A DNA stretch of 64,000 bases from Acidimicrobiia bacterium (GCA_029210695.1 JARGFH010000011.1:1010-65009); one strand, 5' to 3'. Positions 1 through 10,245 are shown, numbered from the stretch's first letter. Translations and numbers: made by a program. The notes: generated by a model from the letters alone, not told the origin.

Positions 1-87
1 CCGCCCGGCGCTCGTTTCGGCGAGTGCCTCATCCCAGGTAGGCCGCACCGAGGTCGCGCGGCAACGCCGGCCCCAGATGGATGGTCG

Positions 88-338
88 CCTCTTCGACTTC
101 GTCGAAGAGGTTGGAGTTCACCCCCGGTGAACTCCGCCTCCCGCGACGAGGCTGGAGAACAGAATCCGGCTTACAGGCAGACTCACAACACCTCGAGGCC
201 CCGCACGGGGTCTCGAGGTGATCCCCCAGCCGCTGCCCGCCTCTTCGACTTCGTCGAAGAGGTCGGAGTTCACCCCCGGTGAACTCCGCCTCCCGCGACG
301 AAGCTGGAGAACAGAATCCGGCTTACAGGCAGACTCAC
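88..338. repeat. Two 99-bp near-identical direct repeats (88..186 and 240..338, 2 mismatches). Each holds a perfect 10-bp-stem palindrome (cctcttcgac-ttcg-gtcgaagagg) and a second palindrome (gagttcacc-cc-ggtgaactc). The 53-bp spacer holds a third, 14-bp-stem hairpin (acctcgaggccccg-cac-cggggtctcgaggt). The block ends 5 bp before the stop of the downstream histidine kinase.
   Basis: Read directly from the sequence; the repeats and hairpins are visible by eye. REP/terminator-like. Confidence 0.7.
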
Positions 339-342
339 TCCC

Positions 343-1587
343 CTAGCCGCTGGTAGGGAGCCGCAGCAGGAACCTGCTCAACCCGCCCTCGAACCGATAA
401 GACAGATCCCCCGCCATCGCCTCGGCCAGCTGACGGGCAACGGCAAGACCCAGGCCGACCGCCTCCCCCCGTCGACTGGACGAGGCGGCGGTACCGTAGA
501 CCTCGAATATCCTCTCGCGATCTGCTTCTGGAACGCCCGGGCCATCGTCGGAAACCTCGACGGTGGCGAAATCGACGCCGGAACCCACCTCGATCGCGAT
601 GTGCTCGCCGCCATATTTGAATGCATTGGAAACCAGATTGCGAAGGATTTGCCGAACACGTAGTGGATCCGCGTAAGCGGGTGCGGATACGCCGGCGACG
701 TCGAGCGAGTGACCGGGCCCCTGCCAGACCTCGACGATCTGATCGACCTCGGTTCGCAGGTCGATGGCAACCGGTTCTACTTCCAGGTGCCCGGCATCCT
801 GGCGCGCAACCGTCAGAAGGTCATCCACGATGCCGGCAACTTCGATGCTCTCCCTAGCCAGTATCCCCGCCAGTTCCTGGGCCTCGTCCGTTGCGAGTTT
901 CCCGATCGAATCGCGCAGGGTGGCGGAGAGACCGACCACAGAGGTGAGCGGGTTGCGGAGTTCGTGACTGATGGCGGCGATGAACGCACTCCGTTGCCGA
1001 TGAACCAGTTCGAGTTCGTCATTACGCTCCTCGAGCACCTCCCTCAACCGGCTCTGCGCGATCGCTCCGGCGATCTGTGAACCCACGTAGCGAATCAGCT
1101 GCACTTGACGATCTCCGAACGTCTGGGAGCGACTGGCGATGAACAGCATGCCGATTACCTCGTCGTCGACCACCATCGGGACACTCATCACCGCCCGGAT
1201 ACCTTCTGCTGCGAGGTAGCTGGCCGGATGGCCGCCCGGCCTCCGAAGGGCATAGGTCTCGACGTCGTTCTCGAGGAATGGAGCCAGCCCCGGGTCCAGA
1301 ATCTCTCCGATCGGCGTCGCAGGCTCAACTATATGTCCGACTCTGAGCAGCACCGGTTCGTAGGTGGTGCGCACCCAGGCCGTTCTCAACCGTCGCCCTT
1401 CAGCCTCGACGTGGGTGTACTCCATCCGATCGTATGGAAGGATCGGACGGAACTCCTCGAAGACGGTATTGAGGATGTCCTCGACGCTCACGCCCGCGTT
1501 GACTCGCGCCGAAATTCGGAATAGACGCTCGGCTTCTTCCTGGCGCAAAGTGAACTCGCGCTCGATGCTGTCTACGGAGTTGTCCAC
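343..1587 (-). CDS. Cytoplasmic GAF-domain sensor histidine kinase (HisKA + HATPase_c)
   Basis: 414-aa ORF with an H-box HELRNPLTSVVG and an N/G-box NLVSNAFKYGG. The N-terminal half is GAF-like. No TM segments and no adjacent response regulator. Confidence 0.85.
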   Translation of the reverse strand: MDNSVDSIEREFTLRQEEAERLFRISARVNAGVSVEDILNTVFEEFRPILPYDRMEYTHVEAEGRRLRTAWVRTTYEPVLLRVGHIVEPATPIGEILDPGLAPFLENDVETYALRRPGGHPASYLAAEGIRAVMSVPMVVDDEVIGMLFIASRSQTFGDRQVQLIRYVGSQIAGAIAQSRLREVLEERNDELELVHRQRSAFIAAISHELRNPLTSVVGLSATLRDSIGKLATDEAQELAGILARESIEVAGIVDDLLTVARQDAGHLEVEPVAIDLRTEVDQIVEVWQGPGHSLDVAGVSAPAYADPLRVRQILRNLVSNAFKYGGEHIAIEVGSGVDFATVEVSDDGPGVPEADRERIFEVYGTAASSSRRGEAVGLGLAVARQLAEAMAGDLSYRFEGGLSRFLLRLPTSG

Positions 1588-1684
1588 CTCTGCTCCACGG
1601 CTAGGCGCGCACCTTCATCGCCGAGGGTGAAGGGCTCGAGACTCTATCGGCACTAAACCGCCGGCTCCTTAGCGACAATACCTG

Positions 1685-3382
1685 TCAGCTGAGCCCGATG
1701 ATGTTCCCCTCATCATCGATATCGATCCCGTGCGCGGCCGGTCGGACTCCGAGACCCGGCATCGTTCGGATATCGCCGGCCAGTGGAAGGATGAAGCCAG
1801 CACCGACAGAGGCACGCACTTCACGAATCGGGAGACTCCATCCCGTCGGTGCCCCCGTGAGCTTGGAGTTGTGGCTCAGCGAAAGGTGGGTCTTGGCCAT
1901 ACAGATGGGCATCGAACCCCACCCCTGGTCCTCCGCTCGATTGATTTGCCGCCGAGCAGAAAGGTCGAGGATGACCCCGTCGGCGCCGTACACCTCCGTT
2001 GCGATCGCCTCGATCTTCTCTTCCAGAGACGCCTCATCGGGGTAGAGCAACTGGAACTGTGAGACTTCCAGGCAGGCATCCTCTACCTGCCGGGCGAGCT
2101 CGACCATGCCCTCGCCACCGTCTGAGTACGGCCGAGCGAGAGCCCAGCGCACCCCTTCTTCGTCGCACACCCGGGCCACCGCATCGTGTTCCGATGGGTG
2201 GTCGGTTGGGAACACGTTGATCGCGACGACCGGGACCACCCCATGCCTGCGAATGATCTTGATGTGATGACGAAGGTTGATCGCTCCGGCGGTCACCTCA
2301 GCGGGGTTCTCCTCGAACAACTCGGGTGGAAGCGTGTGGCTGAGCCGGATGCTGTGATTACCGGACTGCACTTTCAATGCCTTCACGGTGGTGACCAGGA
2401 CGGCCGCATCGGGTTCCATGCCCGAGATCCGGCACTTGATGTTGAAAAACTTCTCGGCTCCGATATCAGCGCCGAAACCCGCTTCAGTAATGACGTAATC
2501 ACCGCCACGCATGGCGATGCGGTCGGCCACGATCGACGAGTTGCCGTGGGCGATATTCGCGAACGGCCCGGTATGGATAAGTGCCGGAGTTCCCTCCAGC
2601 GTCTGGAGCAGGTTCGGGTTTAATGCATCCTTGAGAAGCACGGCCATTGCACCGGCCGCCTGGATGTCCTCGGCTGTAACGGCCCGGCGATGGCGATCAA
2701 ACCCCACAACGAGTCTTCCTAGCCGAGCGCGGAGGTCCTTGAGATCAGAAGCGAGACCGAGGACCGCCATCACCTCACTGGCCGATGTGATATCGAAACC
2801 CGCTTGCCGGGGTATTCCGTCCGCGCTGGTCCCGAGACCGATGATGACATTCCGAAGGGCCCGGTCGTTGACGTCGAGTACCCGGCGCCAGGTCAGGTTG
2901 CGAACCTCGATGCCGAGTTCGTTTCCCTGGAAGAGATGGTTGTCGGCCATGGCAGCCAGCAGATTGTTGGCAGCGGTAACAGCGTGGAAGTCGCCCGTTA
3001 GATGGAGGTTGAGCGACTCCATCGGGATGATTTGTGAATACCCCCCACCGGCCGCACCACCCTTGATACCGAACGTCGGTCCCTGTGACGGCTGCCGGAG
3101 TGTCACAACACTCGTCCGATTGATGTGTTTGAAGCCTTCGGCAAGGCCAACGGAAACGGTGGTCTTCCCTTCACCGAGCGGCGTCGGCGTCGTGGCAGTG
3201 ACCAGAACATACTTGCCGGAGGGTGGTCCCATCTTGGCAGCAGCATCCAGGGAGATCTTGGCAACGTTGCGGCCCCAGTGTTCGACCGATTCGGGAGGTA
3301 TGCCCATGTCGGCTGCTACCTCGTCGATGGGCCGGTATCGGGCGGAACGAGCTATTTCGATGTCTGAAGGTATGTTGCTCAT
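1685..3382 (-). CDS. fhs: Formate--tetrahydrofolate ligase (formyltetrahydrofolate synthetase)
   Basis: 565 aa. Shows the canonical FTHFS N-terminus MSNIPSDIEIA and the P-loop TPLGEGKTT. Confidence 0.9.
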   Translation of the reverse strand: MSNIPSDIEIARSARYRPIDEVAADMGIPPESVEHWGRNVAKISLDAAAKMGPPSGKYVLVTATTPTPLGEGKTTVSVGLAEGFKHINRTSVVTLRQPSQGPTFGIKGGAAGGGYSQIIPMESLNLHLTGDFHAVTAANNLLAAMADNHLFQGNELGIEVRNLTWRRVLDVNDRALRNVIIGLGTSADGIPRQAGFDITSASEVMAVLGLASDLKDLRARLGRLVVGFDRHRRAVTAEDIQAAGAMAVLLKDALNPNLLQTLEGTPALIHTGPFANIAHGNSSIVADRIAMRGGDYVITEAGFGADIGAEKFFNIKCRISGMEPDAAVLVTTVKALKVQSGNHSIRLSHTLPPELFEENPAEVTAGAINLRHHIKIIRRHGVVPVVAINVFPTDHPSEHDAVARVCDEEGVRWALARPYSDGGEGMVELARQVEDACLEVSQFQLLYPDEASLEEKIEAIATEVYGADGVILDLSARRQINRAEDQGWGSMPICMAKTHLSLSHNSKLTGAPTGWSLPIREVRASVGAGFILPLAGDIRTMPGLGVRPAAHGIDIDDEGNIIGLS

Positions 3383-3430
3383 AGAGCCGAAACTAGCCGT
3401 CAGCCGATATCGTTGCCAGAGCCGATCACG

Positions 3431-3970
3431 TCACGGTCGAACGCCCGTGTCGAGGGCGGCGAGCGCCGCTTGCAGAACTGCAGACCGCACGATCGGTTCG
3501 CTCGAGTTCTTCACCAGCGCGGTGGCCGAACGTACGGCCCCGAGCGCGGCAGCCGCGGCCACCTCACGCTCCATTGTGTGCGGGGAGCCGACGAGGAGTT
3601 CCTGCAACCGCATAGTCTGACGATGAGCGATTTCACCGATCTCTGGATGATTCAGCACGCTGCGGTCGAAGGCGATCACGTCCAGGGCGGTGCGATGCTC
3701 CAACAGCAGGTCCATGTACGACGTCAACAGCTCGTGTGGACCCCGAACGGCTTCCGCGGAGAGGAATGCATCGGCGGCCTCGAAATACGGGTGCAACACG
3801 GTGAGCAGAATGTCATCCTTCGAGTCGAAGTGGTAGTAGAGGGCGGCCTTGGTGATACCAAGGCGATCGGCGACGTCCTGCAGCGATGCAGTCGAATAGC
3901 CGCGTCTCGCGAACAGTTCTGCTGCGGTCGCCAGTATTCGTTCTCTCGTTGAGATCGTTGCGGTCACTGC
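3431..3970 (-). CDS. TetR/AcrR family transcriptional regulator
   Basis: HTH motif LFARRGYSTASLQDVADRLGITKAALYYHF. The 337-aa ORF carries a long, low-complexity N-terminal extension, so a GTG start at 3970 is more plausible than the first ATG. Confidence 0.7.
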   Translation of the reverse strand, partial: AVTATISTRERILATAAELFARRGYSTASLQDVADRLGITKAALYYHFDSKDDILLTVLHPYFEAADAFLSAEAVRGPHELLTSYMDLLLEHRTALDVIAFDRSVLNHPEIGEIAHRQTMRLQELLVGSPHTMEREVAAAAALGAVRSATALVKNSSEPIVRSAVLQAALAALDTGVRP

Positions 3971-4093
3971 CACGTCGCCCTCCTCATCGGGTGTGCGCAA
4001 CAGGGAAACCGGGCGAGCCACGTAGCTGCCGGATGGTCCCCCTGCGATATAGCTACTGTAACGTATCGCCGCCCGCAGGGCTATCGTTCGGTC

Positions 4094-4753
4094 ATGTGTG
4101 GACGCTACGTCGTCACTCCCGACCCCGACGCGATTGCACGATTCTTCGCCGTCGACGAAGTGATCGCCGGAGATCTCGGGGCCAGCTATAACGTCGCCCC
4201 GACCGACCTGATCTACGGGGTGGCCGAGCACCGGGGCAGACGTCTTCTCGGCGAATTCCGCTGGGGATTGATCCCATGGTGGTCGAAGGAGAAGGGGCCA
4301 CTCCACATCAACGCCCGGGCGGAATCGGTAGCCGCCAAACCAGCCTTTCGGGACGCCTTCACCCGCCGCCGGTGCCTGATTCCTGCAGACGGCTTCTATG
4401 AGTGGCAGAGTGGCCCCGACGGCAAACAGCCGTTCTTCATCCATGCGGTCGATGGGGAAATGCTGGCGCTGGCAGGGATCTGGTCGCGCTGGACCGATCC
4501 GGAGACCGGACGAGAGATCTCGACGGCCGCCATCGTCACGACGAAATCCGTAGGAGCGGTCGCTGCCCTACACGACCGCATGCCGGTGATACTCGCCTCC
4601 TCGTTGTGGGATGCCTGGCTCGATCGGGATCTCCGCGACCCCGAGGAGATCTCACACCTCCTTCAACCGGAATCTGAACTGGAGCTGCATCCCGTCTCGA
4701 AGCTCGTGAACCGGGTGCAGAACAACAGCCCGGACTGCGTCAAGCCAATTTGA
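4094..4753 (+). CDS. SOS-response associated peptidase (SRAP/YedK, abasic-site crosslinking protein)
   Basis: Begins MCGRY (catalytic Cys2). Conserved SRAP core NVAPTD ... GLIPWW ... INARAE ... ADGFYEW. Confidence 0.85.
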   Translation: MCGRYVVTPDPDAIARFFAVDEVIAGDLGASYNVAPTDLIYGVAEHRGRRLLGEFRWGLIPWWSKEKGPLHINARAESVAAKPAFRDAFTRRRCLIPADGFYEWQSGPDGKQPFFIHAVDGEMLALAGIWSRWTDPETGREISTAAIVTTKSVGAVAALHDRMPVILASSLWDAWLDRDLRDPEEISHLLQPESELELHPVSKLVNRVQNNSPDCVKPI

Positions 4754-4767
4754 GTGCCTCTTAGCTG

Positions 4768-4806
4768 ATACGGCAGAGAAGAGGGGCAAGCAACCTCTCG
4801 GTGCTT
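4768..4806 (+). terminator. GC-rich hairpin (gagaagaggggcaagc / gcttgcccctctc, about 13-bp stem) just downstream of the SRAP gene
   Basis: Inverted repeat seen in the sequence. No clean U-tract follows, so this is a putative terminator or RNA-stability hairpin. Confidence 0.4.
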
Positions 4807-5039
4807 GCCCCTCTCAGGCGGGTGGATTGTCATGGAGGATCGTGACCCCGCGGTGGTCACTCAGCTCACCCGCACGCGGCCTTCTCCATAGATCATTCTC
4901 GAACCCGTTGCGACCAGGGCTCTGCCCACCGCGGCACGGAGGTTGTGCGGTCGTCCGCGGCCCCGTGGCGGGGAGTTGGCGATCATGCGCTCGTATTGCT
5001 CAATCCGGGCCCGTCCAAAGTCATCGTTCATGGGATACA

Positions 5040-6158
5040 TCAGTCGTCCTCTCCTCCTCGCCGTGAGGCTCCCGCCTCAACGAATTCCTCTAATGCCTTC
5101 GCTGCTTCGCCGATGACGCCGCGACGCAAGCTGTACTCCTGGTCGGCTCCAATCGTCACTCGCACGAGGCGAGCCGACCGCAGCACTCGCAGGTGGTGGT
5201 GCGCGGTCGACTTGGCCACATCGAGATGCTCTACCAACTCCTGAAAACTGGCCGGACCGGTCGCCAATCGGCGCAGTACGCGGATCCGCTTCTCGTCGGA
5301 CAGGGCCTTGTAGGTCTTGATGATCCACGGCGACGGAGCGTCGGGATCGGTCGTCATGTGTTCGTCGGCGACCGGATACACGAAGATCCTGGTCTCACGG
5401 TGCTCGAGAATCAGGACCCACGGCCGCAGTACGACGGTGGGGATGAGCAGCACGGAACGCACGCCGGATCCGGGATCGACTGTGATGCCGTTGGTTGCTT
5501 CCTCAATGACCCGCTCCGGTGACATCGTGGCCACCATTGCTTGCTTTGCCCTGGCATCACGTTCGAGCGACCCGGCGAATCGCGCTTCAACCGGCGCAAA
5601 TGCCTCAGCGTGGAAGCCTCTGAGCGCTCCAACCAAATCCCGCTTGGCGTGTTCGATATCCTTGCGGAACAGGACCTTCAGGTCATCGCCCAGTTCCTCG
5701 AGTTCCTTGCAGCACTCCACAATGGCAGCAATCGCTTCTTCATCGCCGAGTGCTGCCGACTCGATCGTCGCAGAATCCACGAGATCGCGATCGACTAGAT
5801 GCTCAACGAGCGACCTGCGAATCTCCGAAGCCTCGGTTGCGTCGAGCCGATCGAGGAACTCATCGACCGATTCGCCGTATGGCCCGGCGTTGACGAGTTG
5901 GAAGAAACCAGCCCAGATCTTGGAATGATTGAGCGTCGTCGCTTCAATCGCCTTTCGCGTCTCGTCGCCGATCATCGATCGGATGTCATTGAACCACTCC
6001 TGACCGAGGTCGTAGTCCGTCAAGTCTTCCCAACCGAACGCCATCAGGGTGAGGAGCAGATCGGTGGCCGGATGTGATGCGACCTCCACTACCAGACCCT
6101 GGGTGGGGCGGGTGAGATCTCTGATCTTCGGCTGCGGTGTCGTTGTCATGTTCGTCAT
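5040..6158 (-). CDS. ArsR/SmtB-family transcriptional regulator with a large N-terminal domain of unknown function
   Basis: C-terminal winged HTH RIRVLRRLATGPASFQELVEHLDVAKSTAHHHLRVLRSARLV. The N-terminal ~250 aa has no recognised motif. Confidence 0.7.
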   Translation of the reverse strand: MTNMTTTPQPKIRDLTRPTQGLVVEVASHPATDLLLTLMAFGWEDLTDYDLGQEWFNDIRSMIGDETRKAIEATTLNHSKIWAGFFQLVNAGPYGESVDEFLDRLDATEASEIRRSLVEHLVDRDLVDSATIESAALGDEEAIAAIVECCKELEELGDDLKVLFRKDIEHAKRDLVGALRGFHAEAFAPVEARFAGSLERDARAKQAMVATMSPERVIEEATNGITVDPGSGVRSVLLIPTVVLRPWVLILEHRETRIFVYPVADEHMTTDPDAPSPWIIKTYKALSDEKRIRVLRRLATGPASFQELVEHLDVAKSTAHHHLRVLRSARLVRVTIGADQEYSLRRGVIGEAAKALEEFVEAGASRRGGEDD

Positions 6159-6361
6159 TTGCTATCTTGTTCGATCATATTCGAACATGGTCGTCAAGTC
6201 AACTCATTCTTGAGCTCTGTCTATATTGTTGGTTTTCAAGCGACTCTAATTGACAGGTGGGGCTTTGTGCGACGGATGTTGAACGGGGCGGCCGGCAACC
6301 TACGTGCTCGGCTACCGTGTATTGGAGCGCATCGGCCATCCCGGCGCCGAAGGAGACACAA

Positions 6362-7330
6362 ATGACCCGCTTCGCCTACTTCTGTGGCCATGAGCAGTGG
6401 CAACCCGAGGTCCTCGTCAAGCACGCCCGCCTTGCCGAAGAGGCGGGCTTCGACATGGTCATGGTGTCTGAGCACTTTCACCCCTGGGTCGATGACGACG
6501 CGGCGGCCGGTTTTGCGTTCTCGACAATCGGGGCCATGGCCGCAGCAACCGAGCGGATCGCGTTCACCACGGCGGTCACCACTCCCCTCTTTCGTTTCCA
6601 CCCGGCGATAGTCGCACAAGCAGCCGCGACGCTCGACCGGCTATCCGGTGGTCGCTTCAATCTCGGCGTCGGCACCGGCGAGAACCTCAACGAAGGACCG
6701 CTGGGCTACAAGTTTCCGGCATACGCCGAGCGCGCCGCCCGAATGCGAGAAGCGCTGCAGATCATGCGCCGGTTGCTCGATGGCGAGAAACTCACATTCG
6801 ACGGCGACTTCTACAGGACCGACCGGGCAAAGCTGTACAGCCCTCCGCTGCATCGGGTTCCCATCTACCTGGCGGCGGGAGGTCCCAAGTCTGCCGCCCT
6901 TGCCGCCGAGCTCTCCGACGGGGTCATCACATCGGTCAAGGACCCTGACGAGACTCGCCGGAAGGTGATCGACCCTCTCAACGCCGCCGGCGAAGGAAAG
7001 ACGGTAATCGCCACCCGCTGGGCGCTCCACGCTCGCGATGCCGATGAAGCGTGGGACGTTCTCCGTCCCTGGCGCGGCTTGCGGGCACCGGGACGATTGG
7101 AAGCCGTCGATCCGGCCGACCTCCGCCGGCGGGCCGATCTACTCCCCCGCACCGAGGTGGTGGGGCGTTATGCACTGGCGTATGAGCCGGCCGCGATCAT
7201 CGACGTCTACCGGCCGCTGGTCGATGACATCGGCGCAGACGTCGTGACCTTGCAGATGGCCTCGGGCGACCAGGAAGGGCTGATCGCACTGCTCGGCAAA
7301 GAGGTCCTGCCAGAGTTGCGAAGGGCCTGA
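6362..7330 (+). CDS. LLM-class F420-dependent oxidoreductase (luciferase-like monooxygenase family)
   Basis: Residues MTRFAYF...MVMVSEHFHPW...GGRFNLGVGTGE. RBS gaaggagacacaaATG. The longer ORF from 6257 is judged to be upstream read-through. Confidence 0.8.
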   Translation: MTRFAYFCGHEQWQPEVLVKHARLAEEAGFDMVMVSEHFHPWVDDDAAAGFAFSTIGAMAAATERIAFTTAVTTPLFRFHPAIVAQAAATLDRLSGGRFNLGVGTGENLNEGPLGYKFPAYAERAARMREALQIMRRLLDGEKLTFDGDFYRTDRAKLYSPPLHRVPIYLAAGGPKSAALAAELSDGVITSVKDPDETRRKVIDPLNAAGEGKTVIATRWALHARDADEAWDVLRPWRGLRAPGRLEAVDPADLRRRADLLPRTEVVGRYALAYEPAAIIDVYRPLVDDIGADVVTLQMASGDQEGLIALLGKEVLPELRRA

Positions 7331-7406
7331 TGGCTCCGCTCCTCCGCCGGGGCGTGCCCAGTAGCCGGTACTTGGTAATCTGTTGGCACGACCGAGGAGA
7401 CACACG

Positions 7407-7823
7407 ATGAAGGACAAGGGCGAGATCCTGATCGACGTTCGCGATCCGGGCTACGGAGCATTCGCGGAGGGTTTCATCGGCACGACCGGCCACTCGACCT
7501 CCGTTTGCCACGGCCCCGGCGAACAGCACCCCTGTCCGGTCCTGGAGGGCGCACATTGCGAGCATCTCGAGGACGCCCACGGCGTCGTCTTCCAGTTCAA
7601 TCTCGATGACCCGGTCATCCGGGAGGTCCTACAGAAGTACAAGGAACTGGTACCGCTCGAAATCCCGATTCGCGTTGTCGTGACCGACGAACAACGGGAG
7701 AAGTACGCAGATCTCCTCGACGGGTTCCAGGTCTGGGGACGTGAACCGACGGTCGCCGACCTCGACGGGTTTGCGGCAGAGGTCGAAGCCGCCGACTTCG
7801 CAGCAGAGGCAGAAGAGCGCTAG
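7407..7823 (+). CDS. Hypothetical protein with a Cys/His-rich segment (CHGPGEQHPCPVLEGAHCEHLEDAHG) and an acidic C-terminus
   Basis: Good RBS gaggagacacacgATG and actinobacterial codon usage. No recognisable family. Confidence 0.5.
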   Translation: MKDKGEILIDVRDPGYGAFAEGFIGTTGHSTSVCHGPGEQHPCPVLEGAHCEHLEDAHGVVFQFNLDDPVIREVLQKYKELVPLEIPIRVVVTDEQREKYADLLDGFQVWGREPTVADLDGFAAEVEAADFAAEAEER

Positions 7824-8491
7824 CTCGAGAGCAGGTCGAGCAAGCTCATCAGAGCCGCCTGCACCCGGACGTTCGATCCGAGATCTGCGTGGCGCTGGTA
7901 GGCCGCCTCGAAGCTGGCGCGCTCACCGCGGATGGCCCCGAGCACGACCGGGTCCGTCGTTCGGCGCACGAGCGACTCGAGAGCCGATGCGAACGGCCCG
8001 CCGAATGTGGCGAGAAGATCGATCTCCCAGCCGATCGCAGTCGAGCGGGTAAACCACTCCGTGCCTGCCGTCTCCGTGCCGAATGCCACGGGAAACGACA
8101 CAAACTCAACGCCTTGCACCCGTTGCGGAACCGAGGTTCCGAAATCCATATCCTCGATGGACTCACCAACCAGATCCGGAAAGCCTCCCACGAACGATGT
8201 CCAGAAGTTGACGGCGACATCGTCCGGCACCCCACTCTCGAGCATGGCCGCCAGTTCCTCCGTACCGCCACCCTCGAGAGCAACGATGATGGCGAGCTGC
8301 CGGTCGGAAGTCAGCTGCCGGATCACCTCGACATCCCCCAGCATCAGAGCCGCCACCATCTGGTCCACCGCCAGGTCCGGTCGCCCGGGAAGAACCCGGT
8401 CGACGACGGACGTCGTCGAGACGTCACCACCCGACCCACAGGCAGCAATACCCACGATCAGAGCGAGGACAATGGCGACGGAATGCTTCAC
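7820..8491 (-). CDS. Putative secreted lipoprotein (signal peptide VKHSVAIVLALIVGIAACGSG)
   Basis: GTG start at 8491 gives a lipobox-type signal peptide. The 282-aa ORF from 8668 adds a non-native Pro/Arg-rich extension. Confidence 0.55.
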   Translation of the reverse strand: MKHSVAIVLALIVGIAACGSGGDVSTTSVVDRVLPGRPDLAVDQMVAALMLGDVEVIRQLTSDRQLAIIVALEGGGTEELAAMLESGVPDDVAVNFWTSFVGGFPDLVGESIEDMDFGTSVPQRVQGVEFVSFPVAFGTETAGTEWFTRSTAIGWEIDLLATFGGPFASALESLVRRTTDPVVLGAIRGERASFEAAYQRHADLGSNVRVQAALMSLLDLLSS

Positions 8492-8553
8492 GGAGCGACA
8501 CCCTAGCGGCACCCCGGGTGGCTCTACACTGCACCTCTCGCCACAAGGGTTCA

Positions 8554-9323
8554 CGTTGCGTACAACGCTCATCGCAGCACTAATCGGTATCGTGGCCGGG
8601 CTCACCGGCGGCCTATTTGGCGTGGGCGGCGGCCTCGTGGCAGTCCCCGGCCTCGTGTTCGCTTTCAAACTCGCCCAGCATCGCGCTCACGCAACCTCGC
8701 TGGCCGCCATCGTGGCCACCGCGTCCGCCTCATTGCTTCCGTTTACGCTTCAGGACGAACTCGACTTGACGACGGCAGGACTCCTTCTGATCGGGGCCAG
8801 CGTGGGTGCCGTGTTTGGTGCAGGCCTGATGGGACGCGTCAACGAAGTCACGCTGGCCAGGGCCTTCGTTGCCATCACGGTGTTCACGGGCGTGAGGCTC
8901 CTGATGCTGTCCGACGTCGCCGCACAAGCGGTATTCGAACGAGGCGGTTTGATGAGCGCACTTCTCCTCATCCTCACGGGACTCTTGGCCGGAACAGTGG
9001 CGGCGTTGCTCGGCGTCGGTGGTGGTGTCGTGTTTGTGCCTGCCCTGGTCGTGCTGTTCGGATTCGAGCAACATCTCGCCCAGGGGACCTCGCTCGCCGC
9101 CATCGTTCCGACCACGCTTATCGCCTCTATCAGGCACGCCCGGCACGGCAGAGTGGATTGGCGCCTGGCGATTCCGGTCGCAGTCGGCGGCATCGGCGGG
9201 GGTCTGCTGGGAGCCGGCCTGGCTCTGGAGATGGCCCCGGAGCTCCTGCGGCGGCTCTTCGTCGCATTGCTGGTTGTCGTCTCGATCCGCATGGTTCGCA
9301 AGACCCGCAGCACTCAGGCGTGA
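8554..9323 (+). CDS. TauE/SafE (DUF81) family sulfite/anion exporter membrane protein
   Basis: Duplicated G-rich TM motifs GVGGGLVAVPGLVFAF and GVGGGVVFVPALVVLFG. The start is uncertain (TTG 8554). The long ORF from 7932 overlaps the divergent lipoprotein gene and is rejected. Confidence 0.7.
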
Positions 9324-9835
9324 ATGGTCCCGACCGTCAAGAGTTCTGACCGGCGTTCGGCCTTTCCGAGATCCGCCTTTCGCCACAGGTACACCAGGTA
9401 GATGATCCCGAGCGCCTCCTGCATGAGGATCCATGGATTTGCGGCGAGACGCTCGAGCAAAGACCCCCAATATGCTTCGGGTCCCGGCGGAAATCCCCAC
9501 CCGAAGGCGGGCCACAAAAAGGTCTCTTTCACCGTCCACATTCCGTCGAGCACCAGATGAAACAACGAGCCGATGGCCAGCGCCATCAGCCTCCGACGCC
9601 GAACTCCCCGACCGGTGAACAGGAGCACCATGACCATCAGCATCGATGAGAACAGCAGCGAATGCCCGAAGATCTGGCCCGATTCGAACGTGTCTGCAAA
9701 CAGGATCGTGCCAATTGGTTTGTCGATGAGGTCGGGCAGGATCGCGCCGAGCGCCAGGAAACGCAGATCGACGTTTGGATCACGAAAGACGTAGCGAAAG
9801 GCGAGAACCGTCCCGCCGACGTGCCAGAAGATCAC
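9314..9835 (-). CDS. Membrane-bound metal-dependent hydrolase-like protein (DUF457/YdjM-like)
   Basis: 173 aa with 4 predicted TM segments and conserved His positions (FGHSLL, FHLVLD). It overlaps rnhA by 4 nt, consistent with one operon. Confidence 0.5.
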   Translation of the reverse strand: MIFWHVGGTVLAFRYVFRDPNVDLRFLALGAILPDLIDKPIGTILFADTFESGQIFGHSLLFSSMLMVMVLLFTGRGVRRRRLMALAIGSLFHLVLDGMWTVKETFLWPAFGWGFPPGPEAYWGSLLERLAANPWILMQEALGIIYLVYLWRKADLGKAERRSELLTVGTIHA

Positions 9836-10245
9836 AACCGATCGAGCGCCTCATTGGCCAGCGCATCTGCGCGAGTGTTCGCCTCTCTTCGCACATGCTC
9901 GAATTGGACCACCGGTAGCTCGTCGACCAGCCTGCAGACTTCGCCGTAGAGCGGTTTCAAATTCGGCGCCTTGACCCGGTACTGGCCGCCGAGTTGCCGG
10001 ACCAGGAGTTGGGAGTCGGCACGAACCAGAACCTCGGTTGGCTCGAAACTACCGACGAGCTCGAGCCCGGCCACAACTGCCTTGTATTCGGCGACGTTGT
10101 TGGTCGTGTGACCGATCGGTTCGCTGATACTGGCCACTTCTTCGAGACCATCGGGACCGTCGAAGTAGATCGCCGCTCCGATCGAGGAAGGTCCTGGGTT
10201 GCCTCGTGAGGCACCGTCGGTATAGAGAACGAATCGCCTGCTCAT
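9832..10245 (-). CDS. rnhA: Ribonuclease H (RNase HI-like domain)
   Basis: Residues FVLYTDGASRGNPGP...NNVAEYKAVVAGLE...RADALAN. Its ATG overlaps the stop of the upstream zinc-ribbon gene (ATGA). Confidence 0.8.
   Translation of the reverse strand: MSRRFVLYTDGASRGNPGPSSIGAAIYFDGPDGLEEVASISEPIGHTTNNVAEYKAVVAGLELVGSFEPTEVLVRADSQLLVRQLGGQYRVKAPNLKPLYGEVCRLVDELPVVQFEHVRREANTRADALANEALDRL

Noticed and set aside
3971-4444. N-terminal 158 aa of the 337-aa TetR ORF
   Set aside because: This part is low-complexity and Gly/Pro/Arg-rich, and it overlaps the start of the SRAP gene on the other strand. The conserved TetR HTH begins right after a GTG at 3970.
7932-8553. 5' part of the 463-aa ORF 7932..9323
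   Set aside because: It is antisense to the lipoprotein gene 7820..8491 and has Ser/Thr/Arg-rich, non-globular translation. Only the TauE-like part from about 8554 looks genuine.
8730-9539. Minus-strand ORFs 8730..9539 and 8750..9313
   Set aside because: They are antisense to the TauE/SafE gene. Their Arg/Gly/Asp-rich composition is typical of spurious ORFs on the opposite strand of high-GC coding DNA.
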